Below, in pieces: positions 13,253-26,707 of a stretch of 64,000 nt of DNA. The notes under the pieces were generated by a model. The model ran no database searches. It was not told the origin of the DNA and worked only from the letters and a program-made list of their open reading frames with translations. This DNA comes from Felis catus (taxonomy: Eukaryota), in contig NC_058368.1 of assembly GCF_018350175.1 (NCBI RefSeq), positions 103,418,001-103,482,000 of the forward strand, in the 5' to 3' direction. Position numbers and translations under genes: made by a program. The stretch's first letter is position 1. Each line of letters starts with the position of its first letter.

Positions 13253-14523
13253 AAAATGTAGAACAGTGTATGGATAAGATAAACCATTAAGGTAAGATAT
13301 CTCCCACATCCACATTTCTACTTGAATGAAGAACTCTCCTGTGAGATAGATATCTCAATCTAATGTTAATGGGCAGAAAAGGGAAACATTTGGTCATTTT
13401 CCATGGTATAGTTATAAGAAGAAGCTTTATCAAAAATTTTTCAGGTATACTAAAATATGCTAAAGTTAAGCCAGAAGAGTCTCTGTAACCCCACAAAATA
13501 AATTCAGAATAAGTTTACCTTCACAGAAGTCCTATTATTACCTGCTCTTTTATTTCAGAGTTTTTAGATACTGACTTCAGAATTTTATTTCCACAAATAG
13601 TGATTTGTTTTACTTAATTTATGAGAATAAAAAAACAGAAGTTCTTTTAACTAAAAACCATTATGTCATCTATCAATTCATGACTTATCATATATAACTG
13701 TGATGAATATTGTCACTCATAAATTTATAAGTAATAAGAAGTTATTTTACTTTTAAATGTATTTATTGAAAATCTATGTTTCATAGTTGCAACGTAATCC
13801 CCTTGCTGGTAATTATAATTTAGAAAGTTCAAATCTAACTCTGTATATCATTACTTCTGCCAAAAATGCTTTGGTAAATCTTTGCTCTTTGACCTGAATA
13901 CCTATAGTTAATCTTTAGAAATCTTTAGCAGCCTCGTAGGTTAAAAGCCTAATATCTCATCTTCATTTATAGATCTACTTCTCTGTTCTTAAGTGTGACT
14001 ATTTTACTTAACAAATAAAATCCTACTCCTTTAATGAAAAAAAGGGGATCTTATTTTTTTCAGTATCATAGTTCATCTTAATAGTTAGAAAAGTGATAGT
14101 ATTAATCGTGTATCTTTATCCGAAAGAGAAAAAGGCCCTATAGATTTCTTCTATATGATTATTACAAAGTAAAAAATGAAATAGGAAGACACAAATGCAT
14201 TAGTGATTTTTCAGTGAAAAAAGCATTAGAAAGATGAGTAAAAGAGCTTTATTCAGTGCAATGCTATTTTTAGGCAACATGTCAATTGCATAACAGAAAT
14301 ATTATCACCATGTCAACCGGCTTTCAAATTGCCCCTTGACCAGATAAAATAAATGGTTTGCATGGCAACCAGGTTGCTAAGCATAATTTATACGGATTCA
14401 TAGATTCTTGGACATTTTTTAGCCAATTTGAATTAAATGTATTTTTTACTTCAATATGAAAATAAGAACTGACACATTCCTTTGAAATGTCATGAGGAAA
14501 ACTATAATGATGTCTATAGTGAT

Positions 14524-14620
14524 AGAAAGAAGAAGGGAGACAGGAGGGAGAGGGAGAGAGGGAGGGAGATGAAAGGAGAAAGAGAGAGAGAAAGAGAGAG
14601 AGAGGGGGGGGGGGGAGAGA
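14524..14620 (+). repeat. Polypurine (GA-rich) tract ending in G12
   Basis: About 97 nt of almost only A/G, with a G run at 14604-14615. Confidence 0.9.
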
Positions 14621-14699
14621 TCCTAGAGTGGATTTGAAAAGAAATAATTATGGACATTATTTTGTATACATTACTGGTGCCATGAACATGATCCTGGCA

Positions 14700-15510
14700 T
14701 TCAAACTTTTTTTCCCACTAGTAAGAATGAATTTTTCCAACAGAGAAATCAATGATTATAACTGAGAGATTTAAATACTCATCTTTCAAAAACTGATGGA
14801 ACAAGTAGATAGGAAATAGTAAATACAGAGAAGACACACAATCAATAAACTTGACCTAACTAACATTTACAGAATATTCCCTCCTAAAACAGCCAAATAC
14901 ACATTCTATTCAAATGCATAACATTTGCCAACAGAGACCATATTCTGGACCAGAAACCAAGTTGCAAGAAATTAAAAAGGATTCAAATCATACTATAAAG
15001 GAATTTAAAGTCAATAATGCATAGATTTCTGGAAAATTCCCCAGTATTTGAAAATACTCAAACAATAATAAAATAATCTATGGGTCAAATAAGAAATCAA
15101 AATGGAAATAAGATTTTCAATTCAATAAATATAAGTAAATAAATACAAAAACATAAAATATCAAAATGGAAATGTGTGGGAAGGTGCTACACCAGCACTT
15201 AGGGATAAAAGTAAAGTCCTAACTGCCTACATTAGAATAAAAAGAAAGTTTTTATGTCAATGATCTCAGCTTCAAACTTAAGAGACTTAAGAAAAGAAAG
15301 CAAATGATTCTCAAAATAAGCAGAAGGAAGCAAATAATAGAGGTCAGATCAATGAACTGGAAAACAAAAGACAACAGAGAAAATCAATGAAACCAAAAGT
15401 TGATTCATTGAGAAAACAGAACTGATAAGCTTCTTGCCAGAACAGCCTGGGAAAAGAGAGACAAGGCAAGACACCACTTATCAATATCAGAAATGAGAGA
15501 GTTGACACGA
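14700..15510 (+). mobile_element. Old L1 ORF2 fragment (endonuclease and downstream region)
   Basis: Degenerate AATCAATAAACTTGACCTAACTAACATTTACAGAA, AAATACACATTCTATTCAAATGCA and AAAATCAATGAAACCAAAAGTTGATTC follow the ORF2 motif order. Confidence 0.8.
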
Positions 15511-15539
15511 ACTGTGACTATTTAAAAACTGTTTCCTCT

Positions 15540-15800
15540 TTTCACTTAATGTGCCTTACATTTCTCTGCTCTACCCCCAAAGTCTTTTCTTCGAGACTTT
15601 ACTCCTCCAACTGTTTTTAAATTAGCCTTCATACTTTCATTTCGGCTTCCATTTTTAAAAATCAGATTTCTATGAACTAAGATTTTTTTTTCCTTTTCCT
15701 TCTTGAATATTGTTTTTGTGCTTTGATCTCTTATTTTGTACAGAAAATCGCGTTTTCTGTCTCTGCACTCCTTCACTGACAGTTTACATTCTGCAAATAT
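15540..15800 (-). mobile_element. HAL1/L1M-like ORF1 remnant
   Basis: Minus strand AAAAATGGAAGCCGAAATGAAAG...GTTGGAGGAGTAAAGT...GTAGAGCAGAG resembles old L1/HAL1 ORF1 coiled-coil DNA. Confidence 0.35.
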
Positions 15801-16847
15801 GGCTGCAGGTGTGTTTTTTCCCTTCAGTTGAAAAAAGCTTTCACCATCAGCCCACAAAAACATTCTTACTGGTTTAAATAACTGAAGGTTAATTTTGCAC
15901 TAAAGTGCCACTTACTCCGTAGTCTTTGTCTAAATTCTACAGCCAAGAGCACTCTGTTTCAGTATGCTTACTAACCTGGATCTGACCTTCAGTGTATTTG
16001 GTAATTACTCCTCAGGTTCATGGTCTGGGATTACTTATATCTCCTAACTTCACTGACAGTGGAGTCCAAGTTTCTGATTTGTGTTCACCTTGCTGTTTTT
16101 GGATAATGTTTAAGTTAGGAAATCATTCTAAAATCTATTACTTCATATATTTTAAACTATGTTTTAATAAGAAATGTATAAAGCACATTAGTATTATAAA
16201 AATAACATAGTTTGTTTATTTTGGAAGTATTAATGTAGACTTATAAAGATTTTAGAGATAAAAAAAGCTAATTGGCATTTCAAAAAAAATTTGATGATAG
16301 TATGATACACTATCACACTAATAAATACAATATAAATAGTCCTGACAGCTAATTTTGTCATATCATTCACTCCAATATGTAGTCTTAAGTAGATACATTT
16401 ATCATCCTATCAGAAAATTAACATAGGAAGGGTATGGTTGTCTTCACCCTCAACACAACCTAAAGAGAAGATAAATAAAAATTATACAGTACTATTTAAA
16501 GAATGTATAAAATTTTAGACATAAAGCTTTACTCTAGAAAGCAATTAAGAATTTTATACCTAAAATATTTACATTCTAGAAAACAACTGAGAATTTAACC
16601 ACGATCTTTATCAAATATGAGTTTGTTTTGCCATTCCTTATTTGGGGAAAGTGGGGTTAAACCCATGGGTTTTCTGGCCTGGTCAGAGAATGCACAACAA
16701 TAGACATTAGCTTTTAGAATTACATCTTTTTCTACTTCTACTTCAGCCTCAGCTAAAATATCAAACCAAACACATACTCCTGTGAGCTCCAGGAAATTCA
16801 TTATCACACATACTTTAATCATCTCAGTACATAAAAGAATGCTTTTA

Positions 16848-18525
16848 AAATTTGTATGAAACCACAAAAGACCCTGAATAACCAAAGCAATCTTGAAAAA
16901 AAAGAAAAAAGCTAGAGGCAACATGCTCCCTGATTTCAAACTATATTACAAAGGTATAGGAATCAAAATAGTATGGTATTGGCATGAAAACGGACACATA
17001 GATCAATGAATCAGAACAGAGAGCCCAGAAATAAACCCACATATATAGGGTCAATTACTTTATAACAAAAAAAGCTAAGAATATATAATGGAAAAAGATA
17101 GTCTCTTAAAAAAGGATGTTAAGAAAACTGGACAACCACTTGCAAAAGAAACGGGACCACTATCCTACACCATATACAAAACTTAACTCAAAATGGATTA
17201 AAGATGTAAAGGTAATACCTGAACCCATAACATTCCTAGAAGAAAACATAGACAGTAATCTCCTTAACATGAGTCTTGGCAATAATTTTTTTGAGCTGAC
17301 TCCAAAAACAAAGACAAAAAAAATGCAAAAATTAGTAAGTAGGACTCTATCAAACTAAAAAGCTTCTGCACAGCAAAAGAAATCATCAACAAAACGAAAA
17401 GGCAATCTACTGAATGGGAGAAAATATTTGCAAAACATACATCTAATTAGGAATTTACATCAAAAATACATAAAGAACTCATAAAACTCAATAGCAAACA
17501 AGTAATCTGATTTAAAAATGGGCAATCTTACTAGATATTTTTTTCAAAGAAGAATACAGATGGCCAACAGATATATGACAAGACGCTCGACATCGCTAAT
17601 CATGAGACAAATACAAATCAAAACCACAATGAAATATCATCTTACAATTGTTAGAATGGCTATAATCAAAACTATAAGAAATAACAAATGTTGGTGAGGA
17701 TGTGAAGAAAAATCCTCATGCACTGTTGGTGGGGATGTAAAATGGTACAACCACTATGGAAAAAAGTATGGAGGTTCCTCAAAAAGTTAAAAATAAAACT
17801 ACCTTATGATCCAGTAATTCCACTTCTGGTTAGAAAATAAAATCTACCTTACTTGAAAATATATATGTACCCCATGTTCACTGCAGCACTATTGATAATA
17901 GCCATGACACTGGAACAAACTAAGGGTTGGTCCATCAATAGATGAATGGATAAAAAAAGTGTAGTACATGTAAATAATGGGATATTATTCACCCATTAAA
18001 ATAGAATGCAATCTTGCCATGTGCAACAATGTGAATGGACTTTGAAGACATTATGCTTACTGAAAGTCAGAAAGAGAAGGATAAATACCATGTGATCTCA
18101 CTTATATGGGGAATCTAAGAGAAAACAAAACAAAACAAGCAAAGAAAACAAAACAACCCAAACTCATAAATACAGAGAACAGATAGTGGTTGCCAGAAGT
18201 GGGGATAGCATGGTGGGTGAAATGAGTGAAGGGGTCAAAAGGTACAAAATTAGTTATGAGTTATGAAATGAATAAGTTATGGAATGGAATGTGCACCACA
18301 GTGACTATAGTCGATAATAGTATATTACATAATTAAATGTCACTAAGAGAATAAATCCTAAAAATTCTCATGACAAGAAGAAAAATATTATAATATAAAT
18401 ACGTATGGTGGCAGATGTTAAGTAGACTTACTGTGGTGATCATATCAATATACATACAAGTATCAAATCATTATGTTGTATACCTGAAACTAATGTAATC
18501 TTATAGATCGACTATACCTCAATAA
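16848..18525 (+). mobile_element. 5'-truncated L1 (L1MA9/L1_Carn-like 3' end)
   Basis: ORF2 3' sequence (TPYTKLNSKWIKD) and a 3'UTR ending TATACCTCAATAAAAA. TSD AAAAGAATGCTTTTA (16833-16847) versus AAAATAATACTTTTA (18526-18540), 13 of 15 identical. Confidence 0.92.
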
Positions 18526-18849
18526 AAAATAATACTTTTAGTATCAAATCGTTTCCAAGATTAGTTTTTAAATAAAGCAGTATTTTTTCATAAAATGTTG
18601 AAACTTTTGTAGTGAATACTGTTTTATAAGTATAAATTACTTAGCCACATTCAGAAGGTCATGTCAGTTTACTATTGTAATGGAGTTGCTCTGATACTCA
18701 ACTAGAGTGCTGGATTATATTTGTTCTTTCTGTATAAATCACTAAGAATACATTCTAAAAAGTATTTTGGTTTTAAATAAATAATGTAGGCACAAGATAC
18801 AAAAGAAGGAAAAGAAAATCAGTTCAACTGAACCTCTCAGTCATTTCAT

Positions 18850-21560
18850 CTACCTTCCTAGAGACAACCCACTATTTTCAATGTCTCATAGAGGTTCCAG
18901 AGGTTATCCATGCATATAAACTATATACACACTTCCTTTTAAACACAAATGGTAAAAGCTATATATAGTCTTCTGTACATTTCCTATTTAACAATATTTT
19001 GACAATTACTCTAGAACAAACAGAAATGCCTTATAGTGCTGAACAGATGCAAAGTATTTTATTGCATGAGTGTCATTACTCATGTAATTAGTCCATTTAG
19101 ATTGTTCACTGCAATGATTTCTCATCATTTGTTAGTACTAGCATTGTTGACATTAATATTCTTCTACATTTCACACATGTATGAGTATATTTTAAAGGTA
19201 AGCTACAAGTAAAAATGGAAAAAAAGTTTATAAATTTTGATAGATATTATGAAAAGGCTTTCATAGAAATATAGAGGATATATCAAATTTGACTTGAGAC
19301 CAGTGCAAGAGTGCTTATTTACCTCAAACTCTCATCAATTTGTTTTCAAATATACTGAACTTACTTGAACTAAAAGTTGAAAACAATGTATCTCTTTTTT
19401 ATTTTTAACTTGAATGTCACTTTTCTTTTAAAAATAGAAAAATATAGTTTCCAGTGACTGCTCCTTTACCTTTCACTTACATGGGCCATACCCACCTCAA
19501 ACTCAGAGATACCCTACCAACAATATCTATGCTCTTTATTTTTCAACACCTTCACATAATCTTACACAGAAATATATACATATATATGTATATATTTCCA
19601 TACCTAAACATATGTCAGCATGTATACATATATATTTTTGTCACTGTTGTTTTATAAAATTGTGATCATACTATTTATTTGTCTGTTTTGCTTTTCTTAC
19701 CCAATTATAACTCAAAGACAAAGAGCCTAGATTTAATTTATATTTTTGCTAGCTATATAAAATGTAAATTTCTCAATCATTCCCCTAACATTTACTCTGT
19801 TTCTACATTTTAGCTTGATAATGAACAACATACAAGTTCATAAATTTTACGTAGTAAAACAATTTTATTCATTACAATTTTGTAATATATTAATTCACTT
19901 ATATTGGCATCTGTGCCTTAACTCTCTATTTTGTTTACCTGAATTACATATTCGTTTTTCTATACCACTTTTATGTCAATATCAGAGAACTTAGAAAGTA
20001 TTCTAAGTTTTGGTAAGGAAAGTCCTTCCATCTGTTCGTTTCCTATATTACTTGGCTCTTTTGGGGGTATGTATTATTTCATATATATTCTATAATTGTA
20101 TCTAGTTACCAAAATCCCTATTAAGATTCTAGTAAGAATTGTTTTAAATATATACGATAATTTTGGAAAAGTTAAATCTTACACTGTGACTTCTAATCAA
20201 AAACAGGGTTATGAAGTTCCATTTGCTCAGACCATGTTTTATGTTCAATGCACATCATAATTTTAATCAGAAAGGCCCCATGATCCTCTTATCAAATTCA
20301 TCACAATCAATTCTATATCATGGTATAATTACAGATAAAATATTTTATTTATGGTTTCTATGTTCTAATTGCAAGTAGAAACTAAGTATTAAGTTCTGTA
20401 TATTTACCTTGTAGCTAGTCACTTTATTATATTATTTGTTAATACTAAATCAAAACAAAATCAAAAACAACCTCCACAAAAATGCTTCAGTTTTGATGTG
20501 TAGCAATGTGTCATAAGGAAGTGACTTTGCCAAAGAACATATGAGCTTAGAAGTCTTTTCTTCTCTGGCTGAGTGACTGCAGCATTGCAGAAAACCTCGA
20601 TAAAACTATGAAGTAAGAAATTTGTGTGCTTCAAGCAAGTAAATTTGTAAGAGTATTTTTATACAGCAACATATAAATAACAATGATCAATTTACACTTT
20701 TAATAATTATAATTAACACTTATAATAATTATAATTATAATGTTAATTAATTATGATTAACAGACACCCATAGTGTCTACTTATGGAAATTTCCTGGTGT
20801 GTCCTTTGTGTCTTGATAAGCACACCAAAAAAGTCATTTTTTATATATTCTATGAACATTTGAGAAAATATTTTGAAGATACAGACTTCATAGTATTCCA
20901 GTTATATGTACTATGTTTATTGTATTATTAAGGTTTTCCCTATGTTTGCATATCTTTTTATCCACTTAGTTTAGTGGACTAAGGGGCTAAGTTAAAATCT
21001 GCTACTTAATATAGGTTCCTACCTTTGTTGCATTTGATTTATGATATTTCATAAAGTGCTAGTTGGTGCAAGGACATTTATAACTGAAAAGCTTTACTTT
21101 ATCTTTCTTCTTATCACTACAAGGTTTCCTTTTTCTATTTTACCGTCATTTGTTCCAACTTGCCAAATGTGTTGTCTATTTAAATGTGATTTTTATCTTT
21201 TTAAGTATTCCTAGAATGTCTTAATACATAGTCTTGCATTTATATTTCTGAGTTACTTTGAGATCAGTCTCTTATGTGTGTGTAAATGCTTTGACTATAT
21301 GTTTATGTGTATATACATGTATGTGTGTGTGTATATCTTTTCAACCAATTTTTCTTTTAACGAAAGAATTTAGCTGATTTACACTTAGTTGATATAAAAA
21401 GTAGGTTTGATCTTCCAATTATCAACTTATTATCTTATATTCTTCTCTCTTTTTTATTGTATTCAGAAACAATCTACTGATAAATGACATAATTTCTTAC
21501 GGATTCTTTGTGTATGCTTGCTCTGTAAAAGATAAACTTGGAATCAATATTTTTTTCATG
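18850..21560 (-). mobile_element. Highly decayed L1ME-type fragments
   Basis: T-rich blocks with reverse L1 motifs (AATTTTGATAGATATT, CAATCATTCCCCT, TAAGAATTGTTTTAAATATATAC). Boundaries are approximate. Confidence 0.45.
20510..20682 (+). mobile_element. MLT1 LTR 3' fragment
   Basis: AAACTATGAAGTAAGAAATTTGTGTGCTTCAAGC...TTTTTATACAGCAACATATAAATAACA. Confidence 0.5.
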
Positions 21561-21602
21561 ATTCTGACATCCACTCCTAAACTAATCAAATGTAATTCTT
21601 CT

Positions 21603-21791
21603 GGGGTGCCTGGGTGGCTCAGTCGGTTGAGCAACTGACTTTGGCTCAGGTCATGATCTCATGGTCAGGCTCTGTGCTGACAGCTCAGAGCCTGGAGCCC
21701 ACTTCTGATTCTGTGTCTCCCTCTCTCTACCCTCCCCCACTCATGCTCTGTCTCTCTGTGTCGCAGAAATAAACATTAAAAAATTTTTTTT
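21603..21791 (+). mobile_element. Felid Can-SINE lacking the B-box segment
   Basis: TSD AATGTAATTCTTCT at 21589-21602 and 21792-21805. GATCTCATGG runs directly into TCAGGCTCTGTG. Confidence 0.93.
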
Positions 21792-21861
21792 AATGTAATT
21801 CTTCTTTTACCCTGAGAGAAAATTGGATTATAAAATTCAAGCAGATTCCACAACATTTTCT

Positions 21862-22076
21862 TTTTTTTTTTTTTTCAACGTTTATTTATTTTTGGGACAG
21901 AGAGAGACAGCATGAACGGGGGAGGGGCAGAGAGAGAGGGAGACACAGAATCGGAAACAGGCTCCAGGCTCTGAGCCATCAGCCCAGAGCCCAACGCGGG
22001 GCTCGAACTCACCGACCGCGAGATGGTGACCTGGCTGAAGTCGGACGCTTAACCGACTGCGCCACCCAGGCGCCCC
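21862..22076 (-). mobile_element. Young SINEC_Fc
   Basis: CpG-rich with intact A box (TGGCGCAGTCGG) and B box (GAGTTCGAGCCC). Perfect 15-bp TSD TCCACAACATTTTCT at 21847-21861 and 22078-22092. Confidence 0.97.
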
Positions 22077-22932
22077 ATCCACAACATTTTCTAAAGGAGA
22101 AATTAATGACAATAATATAAACTCAAGAATATATAAATATAAGTACTTTCCTTTTTATAACATGTGGGTAATTCCATTTATGGAACACTAGGTTACTGAC
22201 ATTCCCAAAAAACAAGCCACCCACTCTAGATAACTTCAACTTCACAGAGAAGTAAACATATGTTTTCCTTCTTATCTCTTAGTATTTAATCAGTCTATTT
22301 CTATACCTTTTAAAACTTTCTTTGCATACTAACAATGCTCCACATTTTCAAACTCAAGGTCATCTTTATCTCCAGAAAGTTTTCCATTACTCCCCTATTT
22401 AGTCGTCAAAAGAATCTTGATTTTTAATCTATATTGATATATCTCATATGCAATTCTGTTTGTTAATTTCTTCACTGATGTAACAGATACTTTAAAAATT
22501 TTACTCCGTGCTCAGAATTGTACTACAACTTGAGGACAGCAAGATAAAACATAACATAGTTACTGGTCTTGAAGAGCTCATATCAAATAGAACTTGTTAA
22601 ATAAGTTTAACTCCATCACAAAAATCCCATTTTAAAGTGTATGTCAAATGGAAGTCAGTTAAAACATTTTATAATAACAGTTTTCTTGGCACTGCTAATA
22701 ACACTGCTTTGGTTACATTTCACATTAGAGAAAGTGGGAAGAAAATGTCAGCAAAAAATTCTTGAGTTCTTTAAGATTGAAAAAAAAACGCTGAATTTCC
22801 AATGTTTTTTTAAACAAAATCAATGAGTATTCATCTTCATTCTTCTTTTCATACCAAAAAGAATTTAAACTTTTAATCTTTTCACTGCAGCAAGAGCTCA
22901 GCCTTCTTTCAACTTCTGTAAGAGTTGCTTGA

Positions 22933-23083
22933 TGGGCACCTCAGGTCATCAGCCAACAGTTTGTTGGATCAAGCCCCATGTGGGGCTCCACGCTGACACA
23001 CAAGCCTGCTTGAGATTCTCTCTGCCCCTCTCTCATATGCACTCTGTCTCTCTCAAAATAAACCAATGGACTTAAAAAAAAAA
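22933..23083 (+). mobile_element. Can-SINE with internal 5' deletion
   Basis: GGGCACCT joins directly to CAGGTCAT. TSD AAGAGTTGCTTGA/AAAAGTTGCTTGA. Confidence 0.85.
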
Positions 23084-23253
23084 AAAAGTTGCTTGAGTGA
23101 CTGGAAGTGACAAAGACAGAAAGGCAGTACCTGTATGCATAAGAGATGACTGACATCAAAGGAGCAGTGTCACTGATGTCAATAATTCCTTTCATTTTTG
23201 CCAGGAAATTGGAAGAAAGCCATGATATACATGATAGTTCAGTCATTCATACA

Positions 23254-23384
23254 CTGGGTAACCATTCATCTAGGTTTGCCCAAATAATCTGTTAATGTCT
23301 GTTGTCCCCGCACAATTATTAGTAGTGTTCCATTTTGTTCTCAAAAGTGCCCCCATCTGGGAAACAAATTACACTGTTGCCCCA
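23254..23384 (+). mobile_element. MER94-like hAT-Blackjack MITE
   Basis: GGGTAACCAT...GGTTTGCC...CTGTTGTCCC...AATTATTAGTAG...CTCAAAAGTG...AAATTA matches my recall of MER94, about 130 bp with degenerate TIRs. Confidence 0.75.
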
Positions 23385-23999
23385 TTACTATAGGGGTATA
23401 TTAAATCTAGACTATACAGATGTGACATTCATGCAGTATGCGAACCTAAAGACTGAATAGCTTTTTAAAGAAATAATTTCTCAATCACAAAGAGAAATTC
23501 TGAAGCTCAAATCATCCACCAACTCCTAGCATTCATTTAATGAGAAGAAGATAAAAATCATGAAAATTCCAAGCCAATTACACGCTAGTCCAATTCATTC
23601 TTATCTCAGTTGGACAATCCTGGATTCCATGCAATCCAGGGATAGCCCAGATGAGAGGTGGTTAATGATGGAGATGTTCAATAGGAAAGTAAAAGTAAAA
23701 TCACTCTATTAATTAAGCCAATAATTCTAGCCATAACAAACGATATTTCAGAAGCACTCACATTTGATCCCCACCAAAGAAAAAATGACTGTTGTTGACA
23801 ATGCTGTGAAGTGGAACCTAGCCTTTTTTTTAAAAAAAATCCTAACAGTTGATACCAAGAGTGACAACCAATTCCAGGTACTACAGAATAAAGCCCAAAT
23901 CTTTAACTTGTTTCCACTGTTCTATTTAACTTTCGAATCCAATATAAACCCTCTTTTCCAGTTAGGATTCTTCACAGGCCACCCTCAAATGCCACTGCA

Positions 24000-24310
24000 T
24001 TTATCAGCTTTCACTAGGCTATGCCACATAAGGAATGATTTCAAAATCTTAGTAGCTTAAAACAACAAATGTTTATTTCTAGCTTGTTACATGTAAGCTG
24101 CAGCTTGACTGTGGCTCTTCTCTGGGCCAGGGGTCAGATAATACTATTTACCTATTTTTTCAGAGAAAAGCCAGAGATCAAACTCAACTCATTACATTTG
24201 AAATTTTTGCTCGGGTGAAACATATGTCACATATGTCATAGTCTATGAGCCAAAATAAATCATACAGGTAAGCTTAACATCAGCAGGGCAGAGAAATGTA
24301 ATCCCACCAC
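24000..24310 (-). mobile_element. MLT1I/J-like LTR
   Basis: AAAATCTTAGTAGCTTAAAACAACAAATGTTTATTTCT...AGCCAAAATAAATCATACAGG...CAGGGCAGAGAAATGTAATCCCACC. Confidence 0.6.
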
Positions 24311-24939
24311 AAGATTAAGGTAGAGGCGTATTCCACAAAAATCATAAAATGTATCACAGTAATGCTCAAACATTATTTCAGCAATTTTTTTTGCCATCCT
24401 AGTTGCTTACAAATAATGGTGTTCCTAATCATTTTATTACCAAATTCTCCCACCTTTCAATCCCACTTATGATTCTGTAAGCCTATTCCTGACGGTTTCT
24501 GTTCACCATATTTCTACTTCATCTACTCTTCTGTGCACTTATATTTATCACTTATTTTTTCATAAAACTATGGCTTGTATCATAATATTTCTTTCATGTC
24601 CTTATACCTTGTGTTAAGAACAAACACCATACCCTCTTTTGATTAACTTATGCACTATGCATTTATAAAATACAACATAAACACTTGTGGAATGAATTAT
24701 CCACTACATTTCCCCCTTTTAACTTCATTAGAGGTTCTGAAGGGTAAAAGGCCAGGTATCGAAAGTACATTCACATTCTTTCAATATTGATGTCATTTAT
24801 TTATTCAACAGACATTTACTTAAACATATACCATAATAGGTACAATCTCACATAAGAAGATACTACTACTGAGTCAACAATAGTGCTCTATCAGTGCTGA
24901 TAATCAGAGTTTGGTTTAAAATTAAAAAAAAAAAAACAT

Positions 24940-25110
24940 AGGATTTGGAGGTTTGCCTACTATACCTCTGAGAAAGTAACTTAACGTCTCTGAGTCTTAT
25001 GTATGAAATATGAGTAATGCCTACCTGTAAAGGATTATACAGTATATGTAATGTGCCTAGGACGATACTTGGCCCAAAACAGGTGCACAAAAAATAGTAG
25101 TATCCTTATT
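24940..25110 (+). mobile_element. MIR SINE
   Basis: AAGTAACTTAACGTCTCTGAGTCT...TAATGCCTACCT...TGCCTAGGACGATACTTGGC. Confidence 0.65.
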
Positions 25111-25944
25111 TCTAATACTGGTAGTAATTTCTATGAATCTTTACTCGTTCTCCATTTTATCATTTGTATAATGCTAACTGGGGCTTATATCAGCCTGCAC
25201 CTATGAAACAATATCCATTAATCCTATACAGCACAAGTACAACTTGTGCTGACAGCCTCAAATGACAGAGGTCAAGCCAAGTGAAAAAGGTTTTGTTTAC
25301 ATAAAAGCTAGTAGTGTCATTGTAAAAATAATCTCAGGAGGTAAGAATGAAGGCAAGTAATAACAGCTTAGAGAAGAACAGGAATTCACAGAATTGTATG
25401 TATAGAAAAACAGGAAAGTTATTATCAAACCTTTTAAAATAACTATTTCATTACTTTACTAAGATGGACCCTTTATCACGTGTCTTCTTGAAGAGTTTCA
25501 TGGCACCAAGAAAATAAATAATGTCTATGCAAAATGAGGGACCAAAAAAGCCTAATCTATAAATAATTATGGAAAATATATAGAAACAATGTTCACATTT
25601 ACAAACTCCTTAAGATGTGTACCTCAGCTAGCTCTGTCCACTGGGATCAATCTCTTCCTCAAAAAAAAAAATTCAATTCCTTGTAACTAACATTAGAACA
25701 CTAGAATTATCTACAAATGACAATTTACCATGTCCAACTTACGTATCTCTAAGTCCATAAGAAAGTTTTATCACTTTGTATGAATAACTGAAATATATGG
25801 GGAGAAACAGTACATCAATTGATTAATACTGCTACCACCATAAAAATATTTTTTCCTATCCTTGCCTTATCCCTAGCACCCTGCATTTCCTCTGCCTTGT
25901 CTTCACAGGCAATGAAGGAAAAGTCTGAGAGTAGTTCCCTAATA

Positions 25945-25946
<2 letters not shown>

Positions 25947-25992
<46 letters not shown>

Positions 25993-25993
25993 T
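25947..25993 (+). repeat. (TG)n microsatellite
   Basis: About 19 uninterrupted GT units followed by a degenerate tail. Confidence 0.97.
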
Positions 25994-26707
25994 TCATATT
26001 CGCAGGCTGTTATCAGAGACTCTTGGACAAAAATTATTTGGGGAAAGCCTGAGATTCAGGCATCATGTTAAAATAACATATTGTTCTCATAGAAACAGAA
26101 GTTTTTAATAAGCTATGACCAATATTCTAAATCAAGTTGTGCCAGGAATTTTGTACTCCTTCAGTAAAGGTTAAGACAGTATTACATCTGCAAAACATTT
26201 ACTTTAAAACTCTTTTCCTGTAGAAATCACGATACTTGCTTTTTATGTTTTGTAAAAGCCCAGGACTCTCTAAGTTAGTAAAAGAATTGTGATTTAATAT
26301 CACCATGATCTCACAATTTCTGCCTTGAGCAGAGAAGTCTAAAGGTAGATACCTTTCTTAAAAGGTTTTCATGATTTAATTATTCCTCATATCTTCATCC
26401 ACAACAGGTTTCTAGAGCCATGGAAACAATTTTAGAAAAGGACCATAGCCAAGTAATATGATAAAAGTCTATAACAGGTTTATAAAATAAAAGCCATTAC
26501 ACAAAGATTCGGCACCCTTTGGTGAGTGAAACTTCTTCACAGCAGCTTGAGGTTATTTATGTTGGCATATTAGTAAAAATTTCTAGGTTATATGCACAGA
26601 AATAAAAATAAGATTTAAACAAAGCGGCAAGTCATTCCAGAGAGACTAGGATTAACCCCATTTCACTAGCATATTTGTGGTGAGTAAGACACTGTGGTGT
26701 CGTACTC

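Noticed and set aside
15546..15863. 105-aa Lys-rich ORF with faint similarity to a septin C-terminal coiled coil
   Set aside because: No septin GTPase motifs nearby. The DNA fits a decayed HAL1/L1 ORF1 better.
21862..22076. tRNA gene (A and B boxes present)
   Set aside because: It is the tRNA-derived head of a Can-SINE, with CT tract, A tail and TSD. The same holds for all SINE heads here.
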